From an uncultured Planctomycetales bacterium (GTDB taxonomy: Bacteria > Omnitrophota > Gorgyraeia > Zapsychrales > JANLHA01), in the NCBI GenBank assembly GCA_964489065.1, contig CAZAXH010000001.1, positions 238,592-302,591 of the forward strand: DNA of 64,000 bases. The letters are read 5' to 3'. The notes beneath the pieces were generated by a model. The model ran no database searches. It was not told the DNA's origin and worked only from the letters and a program-made list of their open reading frames with translations. This document shows positions 1-9,559 of the stretch, in pieces; the first letter of the stretch is position 1, and every line of letters starts with the position of its first letter. The position numbers and the translations under genes are program-made.

Positions 1-778
1 AGCCACTGATCCGGATAAGCGCGAATCATCTGCTCTATGATTCGGATATATTTTTTAATAAGGTTTTTCAGGAGGCCTTCGTCAATCCTCCCGTTTCCGT
101 CCACGACACCCGGGTCAATGGGCTTATGCACGATAATCCGAAACCGGCCCTCCCCGGCCCGCACCAGGAAAACCGGCACAATCGGGGCTCCGGTTTTTAC
201 GGAAAAAATCGCCGGCCCTTTGGGAAAAAGGGATTTCTTGCCCAGAAAATCCAGGACAAACCCGTTAGGGCCAAACGAACGGTCCGCCACCACGGCAATA
301 ATTTTATTCTTGTTCAGGATCGACAAACACCGGCGCGTAGCCGCCTGCGGCGGAACGATCACCAGCCCCCGCGCCTCACGCTGTTTGTTAAACAGGTCGT
401 TCACCGGCCGCTCCTTATGCGGCAGGGCAATGGCCACCGAGGGGTAACCCAACAAGCTGAGCAACACACCCCCCAGTTCCCAATTCCCGATATGGCCGGA
501 CAAAAGGATAGCCCCTTTCCCTTTTCTAAGAGCCTCATCGATATAATGCAAATTTTCTGTAACAACCCGCTCTTTGATAAAATGACCGTCGATCTCATTG
601 GCCATGCGGAAGAATTCCACCAAATATCTGCCGAAATTACGGAAGACCTCCCGGACGTTCCATTCCACATCGCTTTTTTCCGGCAAAATAATACAGAGGT
701 TATCGCGCACCGCCCGGCGGTCCCGGAAAGAAAAGAGATAATGCAGATCCGATACAAAAATAGCTAACCGGTAAGACA
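1..778 (-). CDS. Lipid A biosynthesis acyltransferase (LpxL/HtrB lysophospholipid acyltransferase family); C-terminal part lies beyond the window edge
   Basis: Manual translation of the minus strand from ATG (complement of 776-778): MSYRLAIFVSDLHYLFSFRDRRAVRDNLCIIL...LLSGHIGNWELGG...VADRSFGPNGFVLDFLGKKSLFPKGPAIFSVKTGAPIVPVF. This resembles the LpxL/LpxM HxxxxE acyltransferase core. It is not in the ORF track because there is no in-window stop. Confidence 0.6.
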
Positions 779-851
779 TTTTAAGCGGGAGACGGTTAAC
801 AAGGAACTGCCCAAACTTATAAAGAATAAACTTAAACATAATTTTGATACT

Positions 852-1020
852 GAATCAAAGGTATAAACCCCAAAGCAAGCTCTGAATTCAAATAACCGCA
901 GCAAGCTGCGGAGTATTAAACCAAGATCCTTCGACTCGTTCGCTTCGCTCACTCGCTGCAGGATCAATTCGCATTTCTCGTTTACACTCCCTTAGGTCGT
1001 GTAAACTAAATGCTCATTGA
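852..1020. repeat. Copy 1 of a ~170-bp structured noncoding element; inverted orientation relative to copy 2 at 61247-61417
   Basis: The reverse complement aligns with 61247-61417 at roughly 87% identity, with a 1-nt indel. Internal hairpins include GTTTACAC...GTGTAAAC, GATCCT...AGGATC, CCGCAG-CTTG-CTGCGG and CAGAGC-TT-GCTTTG. One stem difference is a G-U wobble. Confidence 0.7.
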
Positions 1021-1057
1021 ATAAACTTGCGAACACGGCCGGCCCGGCCTATCCTTT

Positions 1058-2221
1058 TCAAAAAACCTTCTTGAGGGGATCCACGGCTAAAATAAGCTTA
1101 GCGATATCCAACGCGGCATGCGGCTTTCCGCTCGCATACGCCGCTTTGCTCATAGCCATCAAACGGTCAGGAGATTTAAGCAACAACTCCACTTCTTCGC
1201 CGATATCACTGGTTTTATCAATCCGGATCCCTATCCCTTTCTTAAGGAGAAAATCTGTGTTCCGCATTTCCTGCCCGGGGAGAGGATTAACGATCACCAT
1301 TGGCAACCCTTTGGCCAAAGCCTCGCTCGTTGTCATCCCTCCAGGTTTACTAATAATAAGGGTCGCCAACTCCATCAACTCGTCCACATTATTCGCAAAC
1401 TCATAAAACAACAGTTTTTTGTCCCGCTGAGCCGGCTGGCGGCTCAAAGAAGCCGCTTCCTTTTGCAACCACTTGACCAGCTTTTTGTTGATACCGGTTA
1501 AAACAATAAGCTGTATCGGCATGCGGATATGAAGCAAAGAATTGACCACGGATTTAATGGGCCCCAAGCCCTGCCCTCCTCCCATAATAAGCGCAACCGG
1601 AACTTTCAAATCCAGGCCGAGCCGGTCGGCGATAGGCCCCCTGTCGAGCTGAACCGCGAATTTGGGCCGGATCGGGATGCCGTAAACTTTAATCATGTCT
1701 TCCGGAACGCCTTTTTTAATAAAACGTTCTTTGGCATCCAAAGAAGGCACAATATAATAATCGACCCCGTTGTTCAACCAGAACGAGTGCGGCGCATAAT
1801 CTGTCAGGACAGCGAATAACCGGAAATCAAGTTTCTTTTCCCGCTTATAATCCGCCACCATCCCGCAGGGGAAGGCCTGCGTGCACACCACAGTATCGGG
1901 GTGGTGTTTTTCAAAAAGCCGCTCGATTTTTTTATGACTGGTCCGATGCAGGTATTTTTTCACGGGTTCGGATTTCTTAACGATGCTGGGATTGTCATAC
2001 AAATAATCCCAGACTTTCGGGGTGCGCTTAATTACGCTCATATACGTACGGTGCACGACTTTATCCAACAAAGGATAGGTATACCCAAAGCCGTTCACCA
2101 TGGGAGCAATGACCGATGGGTTCAAATCTTTCAGCGCTTTTTGGATGGAAACCGTGGCCTGACGATGCCCGGAAACCCGGGTAATGTACATCAACAAAAC
2201 ACGGCGTTTTTTGTTATCCAT
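1058..2221 (-). CDS. GT28-family diacylglycerol glycosyltransferase (UgtP / MGDG-synthase-like)
   Basis: ORF 1058..2281, with the start moved to the internal Met (MDNKKRRVLLMYITRVSGH), which has a GAAGG RBS. Motifs VLLMYITRVSGH, IMGGGQG, ISKPGGMTTSEA and PGQEMRNTDFL match Bacillus UgtP-like processive glucosyltransferases. Confidence 0.75.
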   Translation of the reverse strand: MDNKKRRVLLMYITRVSGHRQATVSIQKALKDLNPSVIAPMVNGFGYTYPLLDKVVHRTYMSVIKRTPKVWDYLYDNPSIVKKSEPVKKYLHRTSHKKIERLFEKHHPDTVVCTQAFPCGMVADYKREKKLDFRLFAVLTDYAPHSFWLNNGVDYYIVPSLDAKERFIKKGVPEDMIKVYGIPIRPKFAVQLDRGPIADRLGLDLKVPVALIMGGGQGLGPIKSVVNSLLHIRMPIQLIVLTGINKKLVKWLQKEAASLSRQPAQRDKKLLFYEFANNVDELMELATLIISKPGGMTTSEALAKGLPMVIVNPLPGQEMRNTDFLLKKGIGIRIDKTSDIGEEVELLLKSPDRLMAMSKAAYASGKPHAALDIAKLILAVDPLKKVF

Positions 2222-2243
2222 GGGGGCCTTCGTTCTTAAACAG

Positions 2244-2480
2244 TTATTCAACAGGATCAATCTGAGCCAGGGGCGCACCAATCAGAATACTTTCTCCGAC
2301 CCGGGCGTAAATGTTCTTAACAACACCGGAACAGTCTGCCGGGATGATAAATGTCGCCTTATCAGTTACCATTTCCACCAGGTCTGTCTGCCGGGCGACC
2401 TTGTCCCCGACCTTGACATGCCAGAAAGCCACCTCGGCGCGCTCAATGCCTTCTCCAAGTTGTGGCAATACAATCTGCAT
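2244..2480 (-). CDS. Stand-alone lipoyl/biotinyl attachment domain protein (78 aa)
   Basis: MVTDKATFIIPADCSGVV contains the (T/S)DKA lipoyl-lysine motif flanked by hydrophobic beta strands. It lies immediately downstream of lipB. Confidence 0.6.
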   Translation of the reverse strand: MQIVLPQLGEGIERAEVAFWHVKVGDKVARQTDLVEMVTDKATFIIPADCSGVVKNIYARVGESILIGAPLAQIDPVE

Positions 2481-2507
2481 AAAATTATATCCTCTTTTCT
2501 GGGCACT

Positions 2508-3173
2508 TTAAAAAGCAGGACTAGAATTCCCGGTAAAAACACGAAGACAATGCCGCCGGAAAAGCTGCTTAACGATCCGCATATCTACGGCGGCTCCTTG
2601 TAACTGCTGGACCGATGTCATCTGCACATCCAGTCCACAGGGTTTAATCAAATTAAAAAACGGAAGATCGGTATTAATATTAATGGCTAGGCCGTGAAAG
2701 GTCACCCAGTGTTTGACTCCAACTCCAATCGAGACGATTTTTTTCGACCCAACCCAAACTCCGGTTCTGCCCGGGAATCTACAAGTCAATATATCAAAAT
2801 CCGTCAATAAATCAATGGCAACTTGCTCTAATTTATCCAAATACCACCTTAAATCACAACGATAATTCTTCAAATTGAAGACAGGATATGCCACAAGCTG
2901 CCCCGGAGCGTGCAAAGTCACGTCTCCTCCGCGATCAACCGCGATGACATCAATCCCCTGTTGTTCCAGGACAGGAGAAGCTGTCAATATATGGCGGCTG
3001 TCCGCCAGCCGCCCCAACGTAATCACCGCAGGATGTTCGCACATAAACAAGTACGGGCCGTGTCCGGCTAGGACCTCCTGCACAGCTGTTTTCTGGCGAG
3101 CATAGGCTTCATTATAGTTAATGATGTTCCAGTCTTCAACAGTCCACTGTTGGTCAATGTCATGTGACGTCAT
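2508..3173 (-). CDS. lipB: Octanoyl-[ACP]:protein N-octanoyltransferase LipB
   Basis: DRGGDVTLHAPGQLVAYP, KIVSIGVGV and PCGL motifs. The start is placed at the internal Met (MTSHDIDQQW), which has a GGAAGGA RBS. The ORF track extends to 3257. Confidence 0.8.
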   Translation of the reverse strand: MTSHDIDQQWTVEDWNIINYNEAYARQKTAVQEVLAGHGPYLFMCEHPAVITLGRLADSRHILTASPVLEQQGIDVIAVDRGGDVTLHAPGQLVAYPVFNLKNYRCDLRWYLDKLEQVAIDLLTDFDILTCRFPGRTGVWVGSKKIVSIGVGVKHWVTFHGLAININTDLPFFNLIKPCGLDVQMTSVQQLQGAAVDMRIVKQLFRRHCLRVFTGNSSPAF

Positions 3174-3273
3174 AATATCCTTCCCCCCAAGGGAAAACGC
3201 CTCATTAAAAACCAGGGGGTTAATTCGCACGTCTGACTTATGTCGCTGTCGCTCCATAAGTCAAGTGCTCATT

Positions 3274-3308
3274 AAAAAACCCCGTGCCGGAAAAAATCCT
3301 GGCCGGGG
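3274..3308 (-). terminator. Rho-independent terminator downstream of the IDH-family gene
   Basis: On the minus strand: CCCCGGCCAGG-AUUUUUU-CCGGCACGGGG followed by UUUUUUAAUG. Confidence 0.6.
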
Positions 3309-3342
3309 TTGAAATCCCACAAAAACGTATAGAACTAACGTT

Positions 3343-4425
3343 TTAACGCAGTCTCTGGCAGATCGCATCCGCCATTTCCTGGGTGCCCACCGCAGAAGGA
3401 TCGTCCCGCTGGGCCTTTAAATCGTATGTAACTGATTTCCCTTCCCGCAGGACATCCTGAACCGCCTGTTCCAAACGCTCCGCCTCTCGCGTCTTATTCA
3501 AATAACGCAACATCATAACCGCGGACAAAATCGTGGCCGTAGGATTGACTTTATTTTTTCCGGCATATTTAGGCGCGGATCCATGCACGGGCTCAAAAAG
3601 GGCCGCATTCTCCCCGATATTGGCTCCGGGCGCAATCCCCAGCCCGCCGACCAGGCCAGCGCATAAATCAGAAACAATATCCCCATACAGATTGGGAAGG
3701 ACAAGGACATCGTACAAATCCGGTTTCTGAACCAGCTGCATGCACATATTGTCCACAATCACATCCTGGAATTCAACTCTCCCCTCATATTCTTTAGCCA
3801 CGTCACGGGCGACCCGCAAAAAAAGCCCGTCGGTGTATTTCATAATATTGGCCTTATGGACAGCGCTGACTTTTTTCCTATTATTCTTAACGGCGTAATC
3901 AAAAGCGGCTTTCACGATACGCCGGGAACAGGTGACCGATATGGGTTTTATGGAGATCGCAGAATCCGCCCGGATCGGTTTAGGCTGCATCCGGTTGATT
4001 TCTTCGATCAAATGCGCGACCTCCTGGCTGCCCTGTTCAAATTCGATCCCCGCATAAAGATCCTCGGTGTTTTCCCTAAATATGACCAGATCAACGTCCC
4101 GGTTAACCGCTTTCGTCCCTTCATAATATTTATTCGGGCGGACACAGGCGAACAAATCCAAAACCTGGCGCAACTGGACGTTCACGGAACGAAAGCCTGA
4201 TCCCACAGGAGTCACGATCGGCCCTTTGATGGCAACTTTATTCCGGCGGACAGACTCAACCGCCTCCTCAGGCAAAGGCGTGCCAAACTGCTTGATGGCA
4301 TACTCCCCGACCGGATGTTCCTCCCATTCAATTTCCACTCCGGTGGCCTCGACGCATTTTTTCATGGCCAAGGACACTTCCGGGCCGATGCCGTCCCCCG
4401 GCAATAATGTAACACGAATAGACAT
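3343..4425 (-). CDS. Isocitrate/homoisocitrate dehydrogenase family protein (NAD-dependent IDH-like)
   Basis: 360 aa. NLYGDIVSDLCAGLVGGLGIAPGANIG matches IDH/HICDH rather than LeuB. Confidence 0.75.
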   Translation of the reverse strand: MSIRVTLLPGDGIGPEVSLAMKKCVEATGVEIEWEEHPVGEYAIKQFGTPLPEEAVESVRRNKVAIKGPIVTPVGSGFRSVNVQLRQVLDLFACVRPNKYYEGTKAVNRDVDLVIFRENTEDLYAGIEFEQGSQEVAHLIEEINRMQPKPIRADSAISIKPISVTCSRRIVKAAFDYAVKNNRKKVSAVHKANIMKYTDGLFLRVARDVAKEYEGRVEFQDVIVDNMCMQLVQKPDLYDVLVLPNLYGDIVSDLCAGLVGGLGIAPGANIGENAALFEPVHGSAPKYAGKNKVNPTATILSAVMMLRYLNKTREAERLEQAVQDVLREGKSVTYDLKAQRDDPSAVGTQEMADAICQRLR

Positions 4426-4442
4426 GAAATCAAAACCCCTCT

Positions 4443-5504
4443 CTACATAGATTTATCCAACAACTGCGCAAATTCTTCCTTATTCTTGACATAAACCATG
4501 GCTGTTTCGTATGTAATCACGCCGTCCTGATACAACCGCTGCAGGGATTTGTCCATCGTATGCATCCCATAGGCGCTTCCGGTTTGGATCGCCGTGGGAA
4601 GCTGTTCGATAGCTTGCTCCCTAATCAGATTCCTCACGCCGGGCGTCGCGATCATGATTTCCGTCGCGAGAACCCGCCCCTGGCCGTCCGCACGCGGCAA
4701 AAGAATCTGGGAGGCCACCCCCTGCAAAGCGGAGGACAGCTGCAATTTGACCTGCTGTTGCTGATGAGGAGGGAACGCGTCGATAATACGTTCTATCGTC
4801 TGCGGCGCGTCCGGGGTGTGCAGTGTCGCCAGAACCAAATGGCCTGTTTCAGCCGCCGTCAAGGCTGTCGAAATAGTTTCGAGATCGCGCATTTCTCCGA
4901 CAACAATAACGTCGGGGTCCTGCCGGAGACAACGCTTAAGGGCTTCCGCGAAGCAATTGGTGTCCCGGTACACTTCCCTCTGTTTAATAATCGATTTTTT
5001 GTTGAAATGCACATATTCGATCGGGTCCTCAATCATAATCACGAGGTTTTCCCGTTCTTCATTAATGAGGTTGATCATCGAGGCCAATGTGGTTGTTTTT
5101 CCTGTCCCCGTCGGGCCAGTAATCAGGACCAGCCCGTTTGGTCTCCGCGCCAGGTCCACGATGACCGGCGGTAATCCAAGTTCCTCCATATTAGGGATAA
5201 AAATAGGGATTCGCCGGAACGCCGCTTCAGCGGCGCCGCGCTGCAAATGGACATTAACGCGAAAGCGATCCATCCCGGAAAGCGCCAGGGAAAAATCTAA
5301 TTCCCGGTCCCGCTCAAAGATTTCCTTTTGGCTATCCGTCAGGATACTGTAAATCATCTTTTTCAGTTCATCCCGGGACAGAGGATTCTTATTCGTCAAG
5401 ACCAATTTGCCATCAATCCTTAAAACAGGCGGCGTGTCATACGTCAAGTGAAGGTCCGAAGCCCTCTTTTCTATTGTTAAAAGAAGAAGATCTCTTAACT
5501 CCAT
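4443..5504 (-). CDS. pilT: Type IV pilus retraction ATPase PilT
   Basis: 353 aa. Walker A GPTGTGKTTT, typical PilT N-terminus (LHLTYDTPPVLRIDGKL), and the AIRNLIRE-like motif GVRNLIREQ. Confidence 0.85.
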   Translation of the reverse strand: MELRDLLLLTIEKRASDLHLTYDTPPVLRIDGKLVLTNKNPLSRDELKKMIYSILTDSQKEIFERDRELDFSLALSGMDRFRVNVHLQRGAAEAAFRRIPIFIPNMEELGLPPVIVDLARRPNGLVLITGPTGTGKTTTLASMINLINEERENLVIMIEDPIEYVHFNKKSIIKQREVYRDTNCFAEALKRCLRQDPDVIVVGEMRDLETISTALTAAETGHLVLATLHTPDAPQTIERIIDAFPPHQQQQVKLQLSSALQGVASQILLPRADGQGRVLATEIMIATPGVRNLIREQAIEQLPTAIQTGSAYGMHTMDKSLQRLYQDGVITYETAMVYVKNKEEFAQLLDKSM

Positions 5505-5583
5505 ATGAACTCCTTAGGTAAATTATTTGACCGACAGGTTTCCATCTCGTCCGGGGTGGCGGGGGTCAAGCCATAACAAAGGG

Positions 5584-6747
5584 TTAACGATTTTTGGCAA
5601 TCCAGGCCGCAAGCCGCTTGACCCCTTCTCGAATTCTTTCTTTTGACGTGGAAAAACTTATGCGTATAAAACCGGGAGCGCCGAATCCGTCTCCGGGGAT
5701 AAGAGCCACATTAACGTCATTTAAAATACGCTTGGCCACATCCTGAGAATCCCCCAAAGCAGAAAAATCACAAAAAAGATAAAACGCCCCTTCCGGCTTA
5801 ATATACGTAATGCCCGGAATTTCATCCATAAGAGACATGAGCAAATCCCGTCTTTGCTTAAATTCCTCACGCATAGCGAGAATGCTCTCCTCGGAAGAAC
5901 TAAGCGCCTGCAAGGCCGCTTTTTGGCTGACCGAGCAAGGGTTCGACGTGGAATGATCCTGGAATTTTTTCACATAATCCATGATCTCCTGAGGGCCAGC
6001 GCAATAACCGACGCGCCACCCCGTCATGGAGAAGGCCTTGGAGAAACCGTTCACCGTAATCGTCCTGGCATAGACCTCCGACCCTAAAGAGGCAATCGAA
6101 GGGCAGGGCGACGACTCATAAATCAATTTTTCATAAATTTCGTCGCTGATAATCCAAACCCGATTTTTCACACACAATTCCGCCAGCGGACGCAATTCTT
6201 CAAGACTGTAAATCATGCCCGTAGGATTGGAGGGGGAATTTAAAATAAAAATTTTTGTCTGTTTCGTAATATGATTCCGAAGCGTTTCGACGTTAACTTT
6301 AAAACGGCTCTCCACCGTCGTGGGAATAAAGCGGGGAACCGCGCCCGCCACTTTCACCATTTCAGGATAACTCACCCAATAAGGGGACGGGATCAAAACT
6401 TCATCTCCGTCATCGGCAAGGACTTGGATCACGTTAAAAAGAGAATGCTTGGCCCCGCAGGATACCGCGATTTGCTCCGGTGTATAGGACAAATTGTTTT
6501 CACGGGCAAATTTCTTGGAAATAATCTGACGGAGTTCCAGGGCCCCCACGCTGGGAGTATATTTAGTAAAACCGTCTTGAATGGCCCGGATCGCCGCCTG
6601 TTTAATTTCAGAAGGAGTATCAAAATCCGGTTCCCCCCCGGCAAAATTGACAACGTCTTTACCTTGCGCAGACAGTTCTTTAGCACGCGCCGTAATAGCC
6701 AAGGTGGAAGATCCCACCAGTGACTGAATCCTGCGATTGATATCCAC
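5584..6747 (-). CDS. Class I/II PLP-dependent aminotransferase (aspartate aminotransferase-like)
   Basis: 387 aa. NSPSNPTG and SKAFSMTGWRVGY motifs. Confidence 0.8.
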   Translation of the reverse strand: MDINRRIQSLVGSSTLAITARAKELSAQGKDVVNFAGGEPDFDTPSEIKQAAIRAIQDGFTKYTPSVGALELRQIISKKFARENNLSYTPEQIAVSCGAKHSLFNVIQVLADDGDEVLIPSPYWVSYPEMVKVAGAVPRFIPTTVESRFKVNVETLRNHITKQTKIFILNSPSNPTGMIYSLEELRPLAELCVKNRVWIISDEIYEKLIYESSPCPSIASLGSEVYARTITVNGFSKAFSMTGWRVGYCAGPQEIMDYVKKFQDHSTSNPCSVSQKAALQALSSSEESILAMREEFKQRRDLLMSLMDEIPGITYIKPEGAFYLFCDFSALGDSQDVAKRILNDVNVALIPGDGFGAPGFIRISFSTSKERIREGVKRLAAWIAKNR

Positions 6748-6769
6748 GACAGGGACCTCCTTCTCTTAA

Positions 6770-7369
6770 TTATTCAGAGGTGCTTTTCCTTCTAAAAATT
6801 TTCTTTATGCCCCCCATGGCTCGCTTTTCCGGCTTGCTTTTATCCTTCTTTTCTTTCGGGACGGATGCCTTGGGCGTTTTGGGGGATGAGGGCTTAGAAA
6901 CATCTGACTGTTTACTTTCCGGCTTCGTTTCTGCGGGAATGATTTCGTGATCGACCGCTGCTTTCTTTTTGACGGCTGCCGCTTTCTTGGCTTTTTGGAC
7001 CGGAACAGGCTTCTTTTCGGTCAGTTCTAGCACGACCATCTGGGCATTGTCCCCACGGCGGTTCAATGCTAACGGAATGATTCGGGTATAACCGCCCTGG
7101 CGCATCTGAAAACGTGGGGCGATCTTATTAAACAACTCGCTCACCAACTTATGATCACAGAGAACAGCAAAAGCCCGGCGACGGTGCGCAAGGGTCCCTT
7201 TCTTACCCAAGGTAATCAATTTATCGACCAGTTTGCGAGACTCCTTCGCTTTGGCCTTAGTGGTAAAAATTTTCTCCCGTAAAAGGGTTGCCTTGGCAAT
7301 ATCCCTTATCGTAGCTTTCCGCCAACTTGAATTTCGACCCAGCTTATTCCCTGCAATTCCGTGTCTCAT
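6770..7369 (-). CDS. rplQ: 50S ribosomal protein L17 with a ~80-aa lysine/proline/alanine-rich C-terminal extension
   Basis: The N-terminal ~120 aa is canonical L17. The tail is KKPVPVQKAKKAAAVKKKAAV...KPSSPKTPKASVPKEKKDKSKPEK. Confidence 0.85.
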   Translation of the reverse strand: MRHGIAGNKLGRNSSWRKATIRDIAKATLLREKIFTTKAKAKESRKLVDKLITLGKKGTLAHRRRAFAVLCDHKLVSELFNKIAPRFQMRQGGYTRIIPLALNRRGDNAQMVVLELTEKKPVPVQKAKKAAAVKKKAAVDHEIIPAETKPESKQSDVSKPSSPKTPKASVPKEKKDKSKPEKRAMGGIKKIFRRKSTSE

Positions 7370-7408
7370 AAAACATCTCTTCCTTTGTATCGCCCCATTA
7401 CAGGAGCA

Positions 7409-8407
7409 TCAGGGCTCAATTGTCTTTTTCAATTTCTTCAAATCAATTTTCATCCCCAAATGCAAACCCATAATTTTCAGCAAATCATTGATCTCGGTTA
7501 ATGATTTCTTCCCAAAATTTCTAAAACTTAATAACTCGGATTCTGTTTTTCGCACCAACTCGGCGATTGTCTTAATATTGGCGTCTTTCAGGCAGTTCGC
7601 GCTCCTAACAGAAAGTTCCAACTCGGAAATTGGCAGCCGTAGCTTTTCATACATAGCTTCCTCCTCTGCCGATATTTCCTCTTCTTCCTCTTCTTCTTCC
7701 GGGAGCTGTCCATAAGCGACAAAAACGTCGAGATGGCGCTGAAGGATATTTGCCCCATAAAGCAAAGCTTCCTTGGGCTCAATTCCGCCATTGGTCCAAA
7801 GCTCCAGGACTAAGCGGTCATAATCCGTGCGTTGCCCCACACGGGTATTCTCCACGTAAAAGTTGACCTTTGTGATAGGCGTAAAAATTGAGTCCACGGC
7901 GATTGTCCCAACCGTGAGACCTTCATTTTTATGTATTTCCGCCGGAACATATCCGCGGCCCTTACACACCTCCAACTCCATATTAAACAGGATGTCCTGG
8001 GTTAGTGTTGCAATCTGATGATCCGGGTTCATGATCTCCACCGTTTCATCGGTGATAATATCCCGCGCCAAGACCGGTCCGATTTTATCTTTTTTAATAT
8101 AAATCGTTTTAGGAACCTTCGAATGAGAACGGAGAACCAACCCTTTAACATTCATGACAATATCCGTCACCGGCTCTAAAACCCCTTGCAATGTAGAGAA
8201 TTCATGCTGCACCCCTTCAATACGAATGGCTGTCACCGCACTGCCTTCAATGGAAGACAACAGGATTCTCCGCAGAGAATTACCTAAAGTTACCCCATAG
8301 CCCCGCTCAAAAGGTTCTGCGATAAAACGCCCATAGCGCGTTGTATATGTTGCTTCTTCACAATCTAACCGTTTGGGCATCTGGAAATCTCGCCACTTGA
8401 CTCCCAT
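7409..8407 (-). CDS. rpoA: DNA-directed RNA polymerase alpha subunit
   Basis: [16 protein letters not shown]-terminal domain and a C-terminal alpha-CTD. The linker carries an [14 protein letters not shown] insertion. Confidence 0.9.
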   Translation of the reverse strand: MGVKWRDFQMPKRLDCEEATYTTRYGRFIAEPFERGYGVTLGNSLRRILLSSIEGSAVTAIRIEGVQHEFSTLQGVLEPVTDIVMNVKGLVLRSHSKVPKTIYIKKDKIGPVLARDIITDETVEIMNPDHQIATLTQDILFNMELEVCKGRGYVPAEIHKNEGLTVGTIAVDSIFTPITKVNFYVENTRVGQRTDYDRLVLELWTNGGIEPKEALLYGANILQRHLDVFVAYGQLPEEEEEEEEISAEEEAMYEKLRLPISELELSVRSANCLKDANIKTIAELVRKTESELLSFRNFGKKSLTEINDLLKIMGLHLGMKIDLKKLKKTIEP

Positions 8408-8447
8408 AGTCTCCTCCTAAATTAAATATATAATGCTTGAGAGAGTT

Positions 8448-9074
8448 TTATCTTGAATAAAGTTCGACGATCAGCTGCTCATTGACAGGATAGCCGATAT
8501 CTTCTCGTTCCGGCAAACGCAACACTTTTCCTTTAAAATGCTCCGGATCCCCCATCAGCCATGCCGGAACAGACCTGCCCTGCGAAGCCTCAAGATTTTC
8601 TTTGACTTTATCTTTGCCCTTTTTGTCAAACTTCATGGACACTTCGTCATTTTGTTTGATGAGATACGAAGGGACATTCACCCGATGGTCATTGACATAA
8701 ACAAATCCGTGGGAAACAAACTGCCGCGCCTGTTTCCGGGAAAGCGCAAATCCGAGTTGATAAACGACATTATCCAAACGGCGTTCCAGAAATTGCAGCA
8801 AAGTGCTCCCGGTAACCCCTTTCTTACATGCCGCTTTTCCAAAATAAAGACGGAACTGTTTTTCCAAAAGGCCATAAATTCTTTTAACCTTTTGTTTTTC
8901 ACGCATCTGTAAACCGTAGTTAGACAATTTCGTTCGTTTCGCCCCGTGATCCCCAGGAGCATATTCCCTGCGATCCAAAGCGCAGCGATGAGTATTGCAC
9001 CGGGTGCCTTTCAGGAACAGCTTCTCCCCTTCCCGTCTGCATTTCTTACAACTCGGCTCTAAATCTCTTGCCAT
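8448..9074 (-). CDS. rpsD: 30S ribosomal protein S4
   Basis: 208 aa with N-terminal C4 zinc motif CKKCRREGEKLFLKGTRC. Confidence 0.9.
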   Translation of the reverse strand: MARDLEPSCKKCRREGEKLFLKGTRCNTHRCALDRREYAPGDHGAKRTKLSNYGLQMREKQKVKRIYGLLEKQFRLYFGKAACKKGVTGSTLLQFLERRLDNVVYQLGFALSRKQARQFVSHGFVYVNDHRVNVPSYLIKQNDEVSMKFDKKGKDKVKENLEASQGRSVPAWLMGDPEHFKGKVLRLPEREDIGYPVNEQLIVELYSR

Positions 9075-9124
9075 GCTACTCTCTTTCCTTTCTTTAATGT
9101 CCTTGCTTCTCTAAAGCGACGGCC

Positions 9125-9532
9125 CTAAACTCTTCTCTTCTTGCGGGGCCGGCACCCATTATGCGGCATAGGTGTCACATCCCGGATTGACATGACATTA
9201 AGTCCCGCTGCCTGAACAGCCCGGATCGCTGACTCGCGTCCTGACCCAGGCCCTTTCACATAAATATCAACGCTGTTTAATCCCAATTCTTTCGCTTCTT
9301 TCGCGGCTGAGCCCGCTGCGACTTGAGCGGCAAAAGGGGTGGATTTCTTGGACCCATTAAAGCCAACGGCTCCCGGGCTGGACCAGGAAATCGCATTCCC
9401 CTGCTTATCCGTAATGGTAATCAGCGTGTTGTTAAACGTTGCCTTGATATGCACTATCCCGACGGTAACGCCTTTTAGCATTTTTTTCTTTAATTTTTTC
9501 TCTTTTCTTACCGAAACCTTGCCTTTTGCCAT
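9125..9532 (-). CDS. rpsK: 30S ribosomal protein S11
   Basis: [22 protein letters not shown]. Confidence 0.9.
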   Translation of the reverse strand: MAKGKVSVRKEKKLKKKMLKGVTVGIVHIKATFNNTLITITDKQGNAISWSSPGAVGFNGSKKSTPFAAQVAAGSAAKEAKELGLNSVDIYVKGPGSGRESAIRAVQAAGLNVMSIRDVTPMPHNGCRPRKKRRV

Positions 9533-9559
9533 ATTATATCCTCAAAGGTATTGCTGCTG

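Noticed and set aside
126-767. 213-aa plus-strand ORF and 401..757 minus-strand ORF at the left edge
   Set aside because: Both are shadow frames of the lpxL-like gene, which is read on the minus strand in another frame. They have odd composition and no motifs.
764-967. 67-aa ORF (and its counterpart 61293..61586) whose peptides share ESKDL...RSLLRL...GVY.FDS
   Set aside because: The similarity follows from the DNA repeat. The changes are non-conservative and a 1-nt indel breaks the shared frame, so it is a noncoding element rather than a protein.
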